DNA of 64,000 bases, from contig OZ286459.1 of NCBI GenBank assembly GCA_965644265.1, positions 24,552,001-24,616,000 on the forward strand, in the 5' to 3' direction. This DNA comes from Glycera tridactyla (Eukaryota). The stretch's first letter is position 1. Every line of letters starts with the position of its first letter. A program made the translations under genes and the position numbers. The notes under the pieces were generated by a model, which saw only the letters and a list, made by a program, of their open reading frames with translations, was not told the origin of the DNA and did no database searches. Positions 46,301 to 60,599 of the stretch are shown in pieces.

Positions 46301-49300
46301 ATATCTCATATGGAGCCGTGTTCAGCTTAGACTTCAAACTGCCATTTTTGCCCCTGGTGGCAAAACATGTGCAACTGAGTCTCATGGATTCTTTATAGCC
46401 TTCAAAATACTGGTGTTTTACTCACATGACTCCTCATCCAACTTATGACTCCAAATAAATAATGATAATCCAAAATAGTGAGTGGAATTACACATTTATG
46501 GCTTTTTTTCTCTCGAGAATATCGTCACCATGTTCAGCACCAAGGCTATTTCTGGAACTGGTGGCATCATTGATAAGCTATAAACCATGAGTTTATGTGC
46601 CAATAGAATGATACCTGCCACATGCTACATTTCGATTAAAGTATCCATCTAACAACACGGCATGCATGAGGTGGGTATTCGTTGAGATGGAAGTGTGCTG
46701 GCGGGCTTGACTTCAGCGGGTCACTTGTCGAATGAACGACAATGCCTCCCGGCAATTTCTCAGCTGACCAACCACCTTCTAGAGCCCAGCATAGCCGTTC
46801 CCAAAAATGGATTCAAATCTGGTCAGACTATCTCACACACATGTGTGAAATTTGCCAGTTTGCCGATTCCGTATCACTCCATGCCAGACCAATCCATGCT
46901 CGAAATATCTCAATCTGTGACAATACTGCCTTATTATGCATCATCATCTGTCTACTCCTGCCGCAAAGCTTGTGAAAACTGTCGTAGTGATATCACAGAA
47001 TGATGCGGATGAGAGATCAATTTACTGCGGGTCCGAGGCGAGTAACAACTTGTGTGCCGACTGAAAACTGATGTCTTTTTTCCAAGCCCAGTATTCAAAT
47101 GGCGGTGGCTTACAAAATCAGTCACTCAGACTTTGCCTTCGGTTTTTGTTTCCGCACATGTAACACACGCCATTTATCACCATGACGCTACGACCCATGG
47201 CATTCTCCTACGCACCAATGCTTTTTGCTGTATTTCCTCCCTACCTAGTGCATCATCTTATAGGCCTAGCATCACGTTCGTTCTTCTTACAAATCTGTAT
47301 GGTTGATCTTGTTTTGTTCTCATCGTTCGATTCTGAGCTAAGGATGACCCACACTAATGTGAATACTATAATGTATTAGTGCACATGCCAACATGTGCAG
47401 CAAACACAGGAGCATATAGAAAACCTGTTCACATCTATGTGCACATTAACAACTAGGAGGATAGTAGTGAGAAAGTCCCACACTTCCTAGTTTCCAGGCA
47501 TATTTGATCACACGCCGGCATCGTATGTAGAATATATTGGATTATGGATTATCTGATGGCCCGACAGCAATGTCCCAGTATGTAGTAGTAGTAGTTGCCA
47601 TACTAGTTGATGGAAAAATCATCTTGAGTGTCTGTGAACTTCATGAAATTTCACCCTTTGTTGAAAACGATGGGTCATAAAGGATAGGGCATGAAAGATC
47701 CCACCCAAGCTGAATCAATGGCGTCAAAATATAGCACACATCGTGTCAACATCACATTGAACCAGTACCAACTAAGTAAGTATGATGACATCAGGCATCC
47801 ACACTTAACACTCTTAAATGAATTCCCCTTGGTGGGTTTTCACCAGATAATGAATTCCGAATGTGTCACAACCAGGCAAACGCTGTGGGATGATTGCAGC
47901 ACAACTGCAACCTAAAATAATCACCGATGCCTGCCCTACTGTTGACATTCCACGGATTACTGGTATGTTTGCCTTGCAACTATGCATACATGTACACCCC
48001 GCTACAATCATTGTCGGAATACAATCACCACCGAATTAGATAGGCAGCTCACGAAAGTTTCCATACAATGGAAAAGTTTAATGAACTCACGTTCTCATTC
48101 ACGACTTATTCATACAGTATCATTTTGGTGGTTGCCGTGATAATCGTCTAATTTTCATCTGAAATGGGGATTTGAAAAGTTTCGAGACCTTCATTTCTGG
48201 ACAGTCAGCTTTTGAATTTTCTCAGGCAATCATCATGATTCTGTACACCGTCTGAGCACTATTTCGAATTTCTTATCGATATGAAATAACCTTTGTGGTA
48301 ACTGTACTCTTTATGTTTCGATACAATTGTATTCATCAACCAAATTGGGCATTGGAGCAATTCAATTTATCAACCATCTAGTTTTTGTTGCCGTTTACTG
48401 ATTAATACTTTTTCGGATGGGGTCATTGATCAATCGAAAAAGCCCTCTCAAATTCACACAGTTGGGGCTTCGTGACATTCTTTGGGAGGATTACCAAGTG
48501 AAATACGATCCATTCCACTTAATCTCGACCCAGTATATTTTGAATGAATGGAGTCAGAAGGCCGTTGGTGTGGCCATATTTTATATCAATGAGAACATAG
48601 TGCTCAAACGGTGACGATTTTGCAAAGTACAAAATCATAATGGTTGCCTGAGAAAATTTGAAAACTTACTGTCCAGAGATGAAGGTCTTGAATCTTTTCG
48701 AATCCCCATTTTAGATAATTAAACTAGACGACAAGTGATTTCATCCAAAACTCTAGACTGATCTATTCTTTCATTTTACTTGATTAACGTGATGGGAGTA
48801 CAGAGACACATATATTACATCTGCATTCAAACTTGTGATTATTCATGTTCCCACAGTTCCAGCTATCGCTTTAGTGGGATATCACCTCAGCATTACTCAT
48901 CAATCCACTTCAATGGAGCAACAATGAGGACAACTTGATGCATTGCATCAAAGTGCGCCCACAAAAATGCTGAAAAATCGCTCTGACAAATTGCTCTCCC
49001 ATATTATGTTTGAAAAAATTCTAGCTCCTGTTTCGGCTGCTAGCATAGATATGTAATGAAGTACCCTATCGGGAGAAATTAATATCTGCTAGACTTCCAC
49101 AGAGTTTTTGTTTGTCTTGGGGAAAATTGGTGTAGCAATATTAATCTTAGGATAACGGATATTCTTATATCTATTGTTATCTTTTTTTGCAGTTTCAGTA
49201 CGTTTCCCTGGTTGCTCTAATGTCTCGTGAGCACACATTATAATTGCGACTCTACTGAGTCATACATGCGATTGGTATGAGTGGGATCATCCAATACACC

Positions 49301-49401
49301 TTCCCCTACGTCTGCTCCTGCCCCTTTTCCTAGGTCTTCAGTGGAAGGTAAAATGTATGGAAATTGTGAAAATTCATGGTGTCATTTCAGACAATCTCAT
49401 A

Positions 49402-49705
49402 TATCTGATCACAGAAGCACTTGCGATCCCTGCCACTGTTAAGGAGACAGGACAACCCATTGATGTTGATGGCAGCGCTAGCCATGTCTGGACGGTATTG
49501 ATTTCCAATAACTGCATCGATCCACGGAAGAGGGACAACCCCCGGCATACAAAACATGAAAAGTCTGGCGAAAGATCGGACCTCCCGCTCACATATCTGG
49601 TCGAAACATCCAAGTCTATCTTGTTCTTTCTTGTCATTGTCATCCTATGCATGATATAAGCTATAGTGGAGCATCATGGCCACTGTATTGATGGGGGAAT
49701 TATCC
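49402..49705 (-). mobile_element. ~0.3-kb segment present only in the right arm; possible L1/Tx1-like RT fragment
   Basis: Absent at the paralogous left-arm site (~33310). The minus strand reads CFDQICER..PWIDAV..ININGLS..SGRDR, loosely like AFDRVxW..WI..NGxxS..RGxRQG. Confidence 0.35.
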
Positions 49706-52700
49706 GATGTTATCGAGCCTCACCATGATGTTGGTAATTCCCACTTATTTCGAAAGGTGTCACCCATTCTTTTTGCGAGTGCGTTTAATGAATGTCTGGT
49801 CGTCCGTTTGAGTTTTAACGTCCTTTCTACAACCTTAGGTTGTATCGGACTTAAAAACCGAATAAGTTAGAGAAAAGAGGCATTGCTGCCGGGGCCATCT
49901 CCACTCTTTGCAGAAGACAGCAGTGGTCCTTTTATGTGCATACAGGAACAGACTCCCATTCAAAAAGGCCAGCCTTTGTTATCCCAGTCGGTATGCTGCT
50001 AGCTATTGACATCAACAGCAAATTGGTGATGTGTCTACTGCTCAGAGTAGCACCTAGTGGCAACTGATAATAGTTCTGCTTTCTATGCTAGATTGGCAAA
50101 ACATAAATCAAAATCTGAGATACATATAGGCAAAGCCTTTCATATTGTTGGATTTTCTCTTGTTTACCGGCACCCTGCTGGATATCCATAAGTCATGATG
50201 ATGGTTTCTCAGTGAATCGGGTAACTGAAAAGTTCAGAATGAAGACAGGTGAATCATATTTATTGCAATTGCCAGTGGTGGTGGTGGTGGTAATGGTGGT
50301 AGTGATGGTGGTGGTGTTGGTGGTGATGGGGGGTATTGAACCCCAAAGCAACCATCTCAACTCGGACACAGGTAAGTGAATATCAGTTTCGATAGTCAGC
50401 AAACCCTACATGGTGCAATTACTGGGAAAATATACATATGAAAATTCGTGCCAAAATAGTCATCATTGTCAATTTCGTTCACGATGATGGATATTTCGCA
50501 ACATACTCTAAGGGATACTTTCCGATCAATAGGGAGACCAAGAGTCAATACCATATTCATGAGACATGCGGGTGATAGATAGGTCTATAGATATCTTCTC
50601 TCACCATATGACACCTTAAATGTTGGATGAGTGTTAGATGGAGGTAGCTGCGTGATGTGAATGTCACATGCATAAGAGGAAGTAAAACATGGTTATAACC
50701 ACAGATAATCTTATTTCCACTCCTGAGAGACATTTGATTTATTAGCGCCGCCTCTCGCTATGGACGCGACTCTCCCAAACAATCAGAATAAATATTAATC
50801 AGTTTCATCTTCGATGTTGTCTAGCTCTGGGCTACAACAAAGTGGCATGTGCATCGATTCAGTCAGAAATAGAAAGGACAATCGAGTTCTTACTGCGAAG
50901 CCTTGGTTTCAATCACTGATTGGAATTGATCCGACAGATCAATGCGTCATCCTTTCGAACATTCATAGCACTTCACGGGAAATATATTGGTTGTTGTTAA
51001 GAAAATAATTTCTGATTAATTTTCTAAAATATGGCCCAGATCAGATATTGGTATAAAAGCAAGAACACAGCGGTCTTCAAGGCAAGTAGAAAGATTCCCT
51101 TTTAGCTGCTGCTGATGAATTTCGAGAATCAAATGATGTCAGGATATATTCAGCACTTCATGGGTAATATATTGGTTGTTGTTCAGAGAAAGATTTCTGA
51201 TTAATTATCCCAAATATGGTCTGACATCAGATATTGGTATAAGAGCAAGAACACGGTAGTCTTCGAGGCATGCAGGAAGATTCCACACCAGGTGATACTG
51301 ATGATCTTTCTGTGTCCTAGGAATGATATGTGCTATATGGACACATTGGTGTATTTGGAAAGGGCAAAATCGCATATGTGACAACTCCACCTGGGTGTGG
51401 GTGTCCACAGTGAAGGTGAAAATTTCTGACGTCAAAAGACATCCAAGGGGACATTTCTGGCAATTACTATCTCACACGCCACTGCTGTCTGGTGAGATAT
51501 ACCAGTCCGTCATCATAGTCGTCAATTTTTTGTTATGTAACTGAGTTCAAGCTTGAATGTCAGTAAATCTCAGTGTTGATGCTGCTGCGAACTGCTTTCT
51601 ATGAACAATGCAAAGGTCTGAATATCGCCTAATGAGAACCATACTAGTTTCATCCAGACGTCTTTTCATGAGGCAAAAGGTGAGAGAGATTCTTCATGTC
51701 TACCCTTCATAGGACCCCAACTGAAGATTATTCGATAAATTGACCGAAAAAAAAACGTATTTCACAGGAAATATAAACAAGTCAAGTATAGCATGCCTGC
51801 TTCTATTTAGCATCTGAGGTAGTTATTGTTGTTGACTCGTTGATCGTTATATTATACTTGGTTACACCTAATTCACCAGAGCTACATCGAAACGTATGCG
51901 ATGGGCCCCAGTGGAAGAGTTTAGGACTCGTACTCTTTGACCCCATCGAAATGTTGACTGATATGGAAATTGAAAAATACATATTTGGATTGAATATGCC
52001 CATTGAAATCGGTGCTGTCATTCGAGACTGCCCTCCTTGGTCCGATGGTAAGAAGGAATAACATGAAAGATACCGTGTTTAGACTGAACATGCTCATGGT
52101 CACAGCTGGGATCATTTGAATATCGATATATTCCTGGTACTCATTGAAAGGTAACATTACATCAAAGTCGAAGATGCTGTGTTTGAATTCAGTATGTCCA
52201 TCTTCAATCACCACGATTCATGTATCAACCACAACCTAGGGTTGCGGACGAAGCTTTAGAGAAAGACACACCTCTGTGTTGATGTTAGAGTGATCAAACA
52301 GAGTGCTCTTGAGTGCGTAGTTTATATTCCACTCTCTCCTTGGTGGCATGACTGACCAAAACTATCAACACAAGAGCAAGATTGCTCTGACACGGTTGAC
52401 CCCTGAGTCGTTCATCTCATTCGCACTCTGTTTCAACCCTCTTCTCTATTTCTCTCTCTCTTCAGCTNNNNNNNNNNNNNNNNNNNNNNNNNNNNNNNNN
52501 NNNNNNNNNNNNNNNNNNNNNNNNNNNNNNNNNNNNNNNNNNNNNNNNNNNNNNNNNNNNNNNNNNNNNNNNNNNNNNNNNNNNNNNNNNNNNNNNNTTA
52601 CTCCTGATATCTCTGAGGATTTTCCATCCCTATCTACCGATCAGTTTTACTCTGTCTCAATTTCTCACTTTCTACCCAAGCTGTCCCTTTCCTTCTGGCA

Positions 52701-55700
52701 TCCCTCCCTCACTTTCTTTCTCCCTCTCTCCTTCCCTCTCCCTCCCTGCCCAAGCACCCACCCACATAACTATTAAACCACACACCCAACCGAACCCTAC
52801 TGCTCACCGAAACCAACCCATCCACACAACCACCCACCCACCAATCCATCCACTTACCTATCCACCTACCTACCTATCTACCTACCTACCTACCTACCTA
52901 CCTACCTACATATCTACTCACATACCTACCTACCTATCTACTCACCTAAAAAGCTACCTACTGGTGAACAAGCAATCTTATCCGACCAGCACTAGGGAGA
53001 ATTTTTTGGACCTGGTACACCTAATAATGTGATGTATCAAGACATACATACACAATAAGAGACATATCGGATGTTAAATATTATCCAGATGGTTTGCAGC
53101 AATCAGTAGCCTAATATATCTCTCTGTAACTGAGCCACACCATTGTCATACATATTCACCATTGTATCTGACCCGCCATTCGGTGACCTCCATCATGCAG
53201 CGATGAGTCCAGTGTTCAATCTAGAAATTGACTTCAGAATGGGAAATGCTCCCCTCTCTGATGAAGGGAACATTTTCATAGAAATAAGGGGCGTTCTTAG
53301 AGGGAAATAGAATAGACAATGTCATTCATCCATCAATAGGGCTTTCTGATGTGGCATAATGCCCCCCTCCACCCAGAAACAAGGAGCGTCTTGTCAGGTC
53401 TGTGGGGCCACCCCCCTCTGCATTGCACACCACGAATCTCATAGAATCCCGAATCATAACAGGTCACATGGGGAAGAAATACATCTGGCTTGTCCATCTC
53501 GCGGCATGCCGCTCAAGAAAGCGGGCCATATGGACTCTAAAGTCCATGTATGATGGTCAAGGCGCTAACGTATTGAGCAGGGGCACTGATTGCAATATCA
53601 TATATAGTCGCACTGAGTGAATCAATAGATGGAGCTACTATGCATGTGCCCTCCAGCTTTATCTCTCTGTCTAGGCCTTATGCAGTATTCAGGATGACTG
53701 ATTAGATTATTGGAGTCAGGAAGCTCCGATCATCTTGATTATACATATCTGACTTATCTGCAGTGACTGTCAGTATGGTGGCGGGAACTAGGAAATGATG
53801 ATACGAAATTTCGTGTCCATACTGAGATATTACACTGTCTTCATTGAGAGCAGCGCATTGTTTTTCTGGAATTTTGTCGAATTTTCATGTACAGTAACTG
53901 GCGAGGTGAGTGCGGATTCTCCGGTTCTCAACTGAACAGCCCTGTTTTCAACAGTGAGCAGGGCTCCTCCTCGGATCACCATTTCATACTGGACCTGCAA
54001 CATCACACAGATCTGTAATATCTGCACTACTCACTGAGGAGGCACTTCTGTGTGAAGGTAACTGGATGGAACCTCTGTACTCCACCACATCACTTCACCC
54101 AGGTGTGAATGGGTATTTGGCATATATGCAGTGATGGTGATGAAGAGTACTTAGCCCTTGCAGTCAATTCTGTGTCAGTGGTTGTATACTTCCCAGGGAG
54201 TTAAGAAAGGCTCATGCTTGAACAGGCCTGCCAGGGAATGTATTTGTAAGGTCGGGTGAACTTCTCAAAGATACCAGACTCTGAACCACTGCATTCACAT
54301 TTACTTTCCAGAGTCTGCTCAGAATAAGTATATGGAGATTGATCTGAATTGCCAGCAAACATCACATGTAGTTCGCAACATGTAGTCCATAGTAGGCAGA
54401 ATATTTGCGATATGCCTGTTCTGGTTACTATGCTCATTTCTTTTCTTCTGACTTGTGTATTCTTTGTATATATTTTAGTGCTTTATATGATTGTACTCAT
54501 GTGGGAAAAATATAATCATTCAGATGTTCCTCTCTGGAGTGTTTGACAAAAAATATTCAAACTCAAACTCATATGTAGATATGGAAACTGGATTTTCAAT
54601 ATTGCTTTTCAAAGGTCATCTCTGAAGATATCTGGATCTCAAAATCAGGAAGGTCTGAGTGCAATAGCTAAAGGGGGTACACAACACAGTTTCGTGATTC
54701 CATGGCAATGACAAAAGTTGCAGTATCCAGGCAAAACTGATCCCGGACTCACGCCATACCTGCTAACCCCCTGCCTATATGATCCTGATATCTTTCATTG
54801 GTCACTCCAATTGGTGGATCAGAATTTTGGATACTTGGATCTCCCTTGATGTCCTGCTCTACTGACAATTTGAATCATGAGTGAAGATTCCCAAATTTAC
54901 ACGAAACCATCCTCATCACAGTTGATGCCTTCCAATCGCCTGTCAAATATATTCAGCCAATGGATTCAATGTTCATGGTCCCGCACTGCGCCTGTGGTTG
55001 AAGTCGGGGAGGCTCAAGTTTGATGGATCGATCTTCGATAAGACACTACCACTGCCCTCAGCCGCCCCCAGAGTTGGAATCAATTCACCCAGAGACAACT
55101 ATGAGTTGACTATTGCCGACTAATGTGGTTTTATGTCAATTTTCTTGTAATGGCTGCCTACAGCTTTCAGATGAGTTACAAGAGTGTTTGCTCAATGTCC
55201 TGTGTACATGTGCTCCTTCATACATGCATGTAGTCAATGGTTATATGTGTTATGTGTATGTGTGCGTGTGTTTGTGTGTGAGTGTGCGCATAATTCCTTG
55301 CGAGATACAACCTCAGAAGCAGCTGCCAAAAAATTACGCCATCTAGCGGCGGCAGACATAAACGCTACGGCAAGCAGAAAGTGCATTAACAGCTAGAGGC
55401 CTGTGTGTTATGAGAGATATCCATGCTCATATGGAAGCGTGTGTTTGTGTGTCATTAGAGAGTGATATGCGTGTTTGCATGTGTGTGTGAGTGTGTGTGT
55501 GTCGTGAAAGAGTGATACGCAGGTAGGTATGTGTGTGTGTCTGTGTTTGTGTATGTGTAAGTATATACATACGCACACGCATGCATGCGTGTGTATGTGT
55601 GTGCTCATCTGACATGTTTGATAGACCCTCCCCCTTTCCATCCGAACACCAATGAAATGAATACATTGTGTATGCACATGTATAGGCATTTATCATTGTG

Positions 55701-55810
55701 TGTGCATGCGTGTATGAGTATATGAATACCCACATACATGCATTTGTCCATGTGTGTGCATGGGTATGTTTGATAGACGCTCTCCCTCTCGATATTGACA
55801 CTACTGAAAT

Positions 55811-56134
55811 GGACAGAGTTTGTATGCACATGTATACGTGCGTGTACATGCGTGAGTTTCAAGAGGCGAAGAAAACTGTGTTCACTGCTCCAGATGAGGC
55901 ACCTCGAGATGAGAATACAAGGGCTTCTGTAGATGAGAAACCCTGAAGGCTAGGAGCGGTGTTTTATTTCACGGACAGAGTTTGTATGCACGTGTATACG
56001 TGCTTGTACATGCGTGAGTTTCAAGAGGCGAAGAAAACTGTGTTCACTGCTCCAGATAAGGCACCTCGAGATGAGAATACAAGGGCTTCTGTAGATGAGA
56101 AACCCTGAGGGCTAGGAGCGGTGTTTTATTTCAC
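55811..56134. repeat. Tandem duplication of 162 bp, specific to copy C
   Basis: ggacagagtttgtatgcac...ttttatttcacgg at 55811 and 55973; single copy in A and B. Confidence 0.9.
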
Positions 56135-58328
56135 GGCAAGCAATGTGCCCCGCTTTCTCTATTATTCGGAAAAAAACGTTCCTCTCAGCTAGTCGATGGC
56201 ATGGTTCAAGGTGACTGCTTCAGACGAGATTGGAAATGTCACCCATTCAGGCCTTGTGTGACGTTGAAAGCGTACTAACACTATTCTGCGCACTTTCACC
56301 TGTGTGGTTCACCACATCTTTCACATCAATGTGCTAGTCACAGATTGATTGATTGATTGATGGAATGATTGAAGGATCATGTATGCCGTGTGTCCCTTAT
56401 CAATGAAAGCTGAATGTCCAGTCTCCTGCAGGCATTACTTAAACAAACCCTCAACAAGATGAAAGGCTGTCAAAAGTTGCATCAATGATGTGACATTGGA
56501 AATCTTTATTTTGGGAAGATGCTCATCTCGAGACCCTCTGGGTCGTTTGAGGGTCTCATGAGCACAGATTGGGCTATATTGAGACGTCAATGCGATAGAT
56601 GTGGATTTTTTAACAGTATGCATTCTCCGGGCCCTCAATGGAGAGAGAAATGATATAATGAAACAGAATCAGTGTTCATAGGATTGAAATTGTACACCGG
56701 AGCATCGGTCAACCCACAGCGAAATGCGATTGATCCTGTTTGATTCAAAGTAGCTGACAAGAGGAGAGAACTCTGACATGCCAATCACATCATCTCACAC
56801 ACTTTGATTTGGCACTTCAGAGGATTGGATCAATTCGAATGTAACAAAGAACAGGCTCAAACGCCGCAAGCACTTCACTACGAGTATGCTTCTCAGCTTG
56901 GATCAAACAGATTCCGCCCAGTCTACCTTTTCCGAAGTTGACTTCTTTCACAATTCAATTGACAGTATACACATCCTGTGATAACCTCTTTCAGGATTGC
57001 CTGTCTGTCTGTCTCTGTCCCTGTCTCTCTCCCTCTGTCTGTGTCTGTCTGTCTGTCTCTCTCCCTCTCGCTCTCCCCCTCTCTCTCTTTTCCTCTCTCC
57101 GTCGGGCATGCCCAATATCAGGAGTTCTCAGGGTATGTAGACAATGCAACGTTTGCGTATATTCAACACAATACTGTCAAATTGGTGCATCTATACAAGT
57201 ATGCATTGGGTGTACTGCAGCACCAAAACTCAACGTTTTGGTGGCTTTATCACCCAAAGATTAATCTGACAGTTCATCCATGCATCGATGCAATATTCCG
57301 CAATTGTTGTTTCCACATATTCACAATCATAAAGTGTTATCTTCTCAATTGAAAGTCCAGTTGGCCGAGAAAGGCAAGATACGGTCGCAGAAATGTAACA
57401 ATCAAGGCTATGTTAGCTTGAAACCGTGTGGGATGACTTCCATGCGACCTGGAAAATCATTTTTGTCATCATCGCTCAGTGCAACCCGGGAAACCACATC
57501 CATCACCAGAGTTTCAAGTGATCAAGTGGAGCCACATAGGCAACCCTAATTGAGAGCAACCTGAGAAACAATGTTGAATCCGAAATGTAATGACAATCAT
57601 CAATTGCAACCTCAAGAATCACGTTTGAGACCGTACCTGAGTGCGGGGAATTTCCTAGTTAGGGTCGAGTGCAATCCCAGGAAACATGTTCACTACCAAC
57701 ATCAAATGCTACCTTATGAGTTAGGTCTTGCCTAGACAGCTTGACGAATGTGCTACAATTACTGCCCCAACCTTCTCTCTCTACACACACACAGACACAC
57801 ACAGACGCACATGCGCATGCGCGCACACACACACACTGATGACCCCGTTCAGGCACTTGACGACGGCGCTATCCGGTACAATGAGGCAGGCACTTGCCAA
57901 GTTAGCCAGACTAATAGAGCAGAACACTAGTGTGCCTTTGTTATCTAACTAATACATAATCCAGGAGAAAACCCCTGATGTACACTAATCTACTTCATGT
58001 CCGATGATCAAGCCATGAGTAGATGCAACAATTAGCGTCACTGGTGACCAACACAGATTGCTTACTGTCGCAGTCTATGTTGCTGGAGTAAATCATCCTG
58101 CCCCACTAGATAATGGCTAATAAAATCCAGCCATGGACTTGATGAAAGACCGACGTCTGTTCTTCTTGATGCTTGCGTGTTACGTTGTTAGCATGCAAAG
58201 GCATACATCTTTTATGATGTGTCACAACCAGTTACACCATAAAAATGTTTCCGAAACACCTATTACTTTCAAGGAACACAGAATATGCACTTGGCTCTGG
58301 TGTATGTGTGCGCTTATATGTGCGCGTG

Positions 58329-58373
<45 letters not shown>

Positions 58374-59830
58374 TCAAGTTCCATGTCTGGTAGTGATTTG
58401 AAGGTTAGCAGTTTCAAAATGCACACCAGGCACTGTGAAATGTCTACATCGATTGTGAGTTGATCTGGTCTGTTGAGCTCTATTGTGATTCAAAGACATC
58501 TCACACGAGATCCGTCCATGGTTGGTCAGTTGTTTGGTCCTAGGTTTACTTCACTGCTGTGTCAGACTGTCACAAGTTTTTGCCCCTTACAGAATGTGAA
58601 AATATATTGAATCACTCATGTTGATTCGGTCATTACAGGCCTGTGAGTTGTTTCCAATTATCTCATCTGGTCAGCTAATTGTCAGGATGAACCGAACTTA
58701 TACATCCAGTCATCCATTCCCGCCATCTCGTTATCCCACATGATATTGTGATTTAGTGAATTACCTTAGTCGAATACGATGATCCCTATATACCTGCGCT
58801 CCACCTCCATTGTAGCTGTTTCAGTACATGAGTGGTTTGGTTCATAGAGGATACATCCTAATATATCGAAATATTGATGAATAATAAGTAGAACCCCAAC
58901 CACCAGCAATCAGCGCATATCTGCGAAGGCGCTGCTCTACGAATAATTAAGAATTGTTGGTCATAGAAAGACAATCAGGTCGTTATTGATACCTAAATAT
59001 ATCATGCTCCCTACCCTCACTCACACACACACCTTCGCTTAATCAAGTTGATGAAGATGAGGCTTTCTTTGGTTCCGTTTCCAACAATGTGTCGATAGAA
59101 CGCAATAGTCTGTGAATCAGCCATGAGAAGTGTTGGCAACATCATTGTCTGCATTCATTGTATTTCTTGTTGAACTCCTCCATCAATTACGTAGAAACAA
59201 TTCTCTGTGCGAGAGCAAAATTCAATTAGTTGATTGATCTACACCACTCGATATCGAATGGCGCTCAGAATTAGATTTTTCAGAGCTCATGTTATACGAC
59301 ATTTGAGAGTGATTACATGATAACCTGCTCTCAAGATCTCCACTTCCTTTCTAACAGCAATGTCATAATGTGTACCTTATCCCTACGTTCCTTGAATCTG
59401 CTGAGCTTCATATATTCACAAGGAATTAGTGAGCCCCTCACATTTGGTGGGTAATGGAGCCGAGTAGCATGAGCATCATTCGATGATTCCTGACTACTGT
59501 GCATATGCATTGGAATAGTTGTTACTAGGGGGGAACAATACCAATAAATCAACCAAATGAGCTCAATTTTGTGAGTAATGTGGCCAGCTCTTTTCTGGTG
59601 ATGAATTACGAAGTGTTAGGAAGCACGGCCCACATGAATGGAACGAGAACGAGAACAAGAGGAGTGAGAGGAAAGGGGAGGGAAAGGGGAAACCGAATGA
59701 GAGAGGGAGAGGGAAACCGAATGAGAGAGGGAGAGAGGGAGAAGAGAGAGAGATAAGAGAGGAAGAGAAATGGGAAGAGACAGAAAAAGAGAATGGACGA
59801 AAAGAAGAGACAGGTGAAGGGAGAAGGAAA

Positions 59831-60000
59831 AAAAATGTTGAGGTTTTAGGTCCACTTTCTGCACTTGAGTAGGCTAAATCAGACCACCTGCCAAGGAGGA
59901 GCGGAGATGATGGGTGAAACATCCCTGCATGGTAGGACCGGGGATTGAACCCCAGACCCATTACACGCCGGCCCAGCACGCTACCACTGAGCCACCAATG
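59831..60000 (-). mobile_element. Full-length tRNA-derived SINE (~170 bp)
   Basis: Minus strand has A box TGGCTCAGTGG and B box GGTTCAATCCC. Perfect 15-bp TSD gaagggagaaggaaa (59816-59830, 60001-60015). Confidence 0.9.
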
Positions 60001-60599
60001 GAAGGGAGAAGGAAAGAGAAGCCCAACGTAATAGGCGTCACGATCCAGTTTTCTTCCAGCTATTTAAGAGCTGAAACTTGATGCCCTGCGAGGAGATCTC
60101 TTCTACTGAGTCCCTGAACGAAATAGCTGTAGTTCCAAGTTTTGTTGAGGTCAGCAACTGCTAGGACGGCTTCGAAGAAAGATAATATCATCTTTATTCA
60201 TGCAAACTTTGCAGTTTCTCTATCATAGTCATTTAAATTTTTTGTCATTCTCATTTTCAAACTTGGCGATGATGATGATCAAACTTGAAGTATTCACATC
60301 ACTTTCCACTTTTTATTGGGATTCATTTATGGCGCAATATGAGCCAATAGGTAAATTCCTCACGAGGATAACAAGATACATTTCGGGGAATTTGCTGAGT
60401 TGCTACCTCTGAGACCAATATGATATGTCTACCCATCAGATAAGAGGGCACTATCCAGAAGAACAGTGACAATATTTGAAGGGCCTTGTCTTTTGCTCAC
60501 CGGCGCAAATTCACTCACTTTACTGGCTCAATTTGCTAAATTTCAATTATGAATAAAATTGTATTGACACATTAGTTTCTAGTTACGACAAAATTTATT

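Larger units (their letters stand above)
41034..60478 (+). repeat. Right arm of the giant palindrome (copy C)
   Basis: Reverse complement of 7492-40238 minus the insertions. Homology to copy A ends at actatccagaagaacagtgaca (~60478). Confidence 0.95.

Noticed and set aside
51800-52440. Possible small exons with GT-AG mini-introns
   Set aside because: The spliced frame hits a stop at once, and the donor site differs in the left-arm copy.
55337-55350. CTCF-like motif CGCCATCTAGCGGC in a ~115-bp copy-C-specific insertion
   Set aside because: A single motif occurrence; function cannot be supported from sequence alone.
59930-59996. tRNA gene
   Set aside because: It has A/B boxes but no complete cloverleaf. 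It continues into a non-tRNA body with a tail and a 15-bp TSD, so it is a SINE head.
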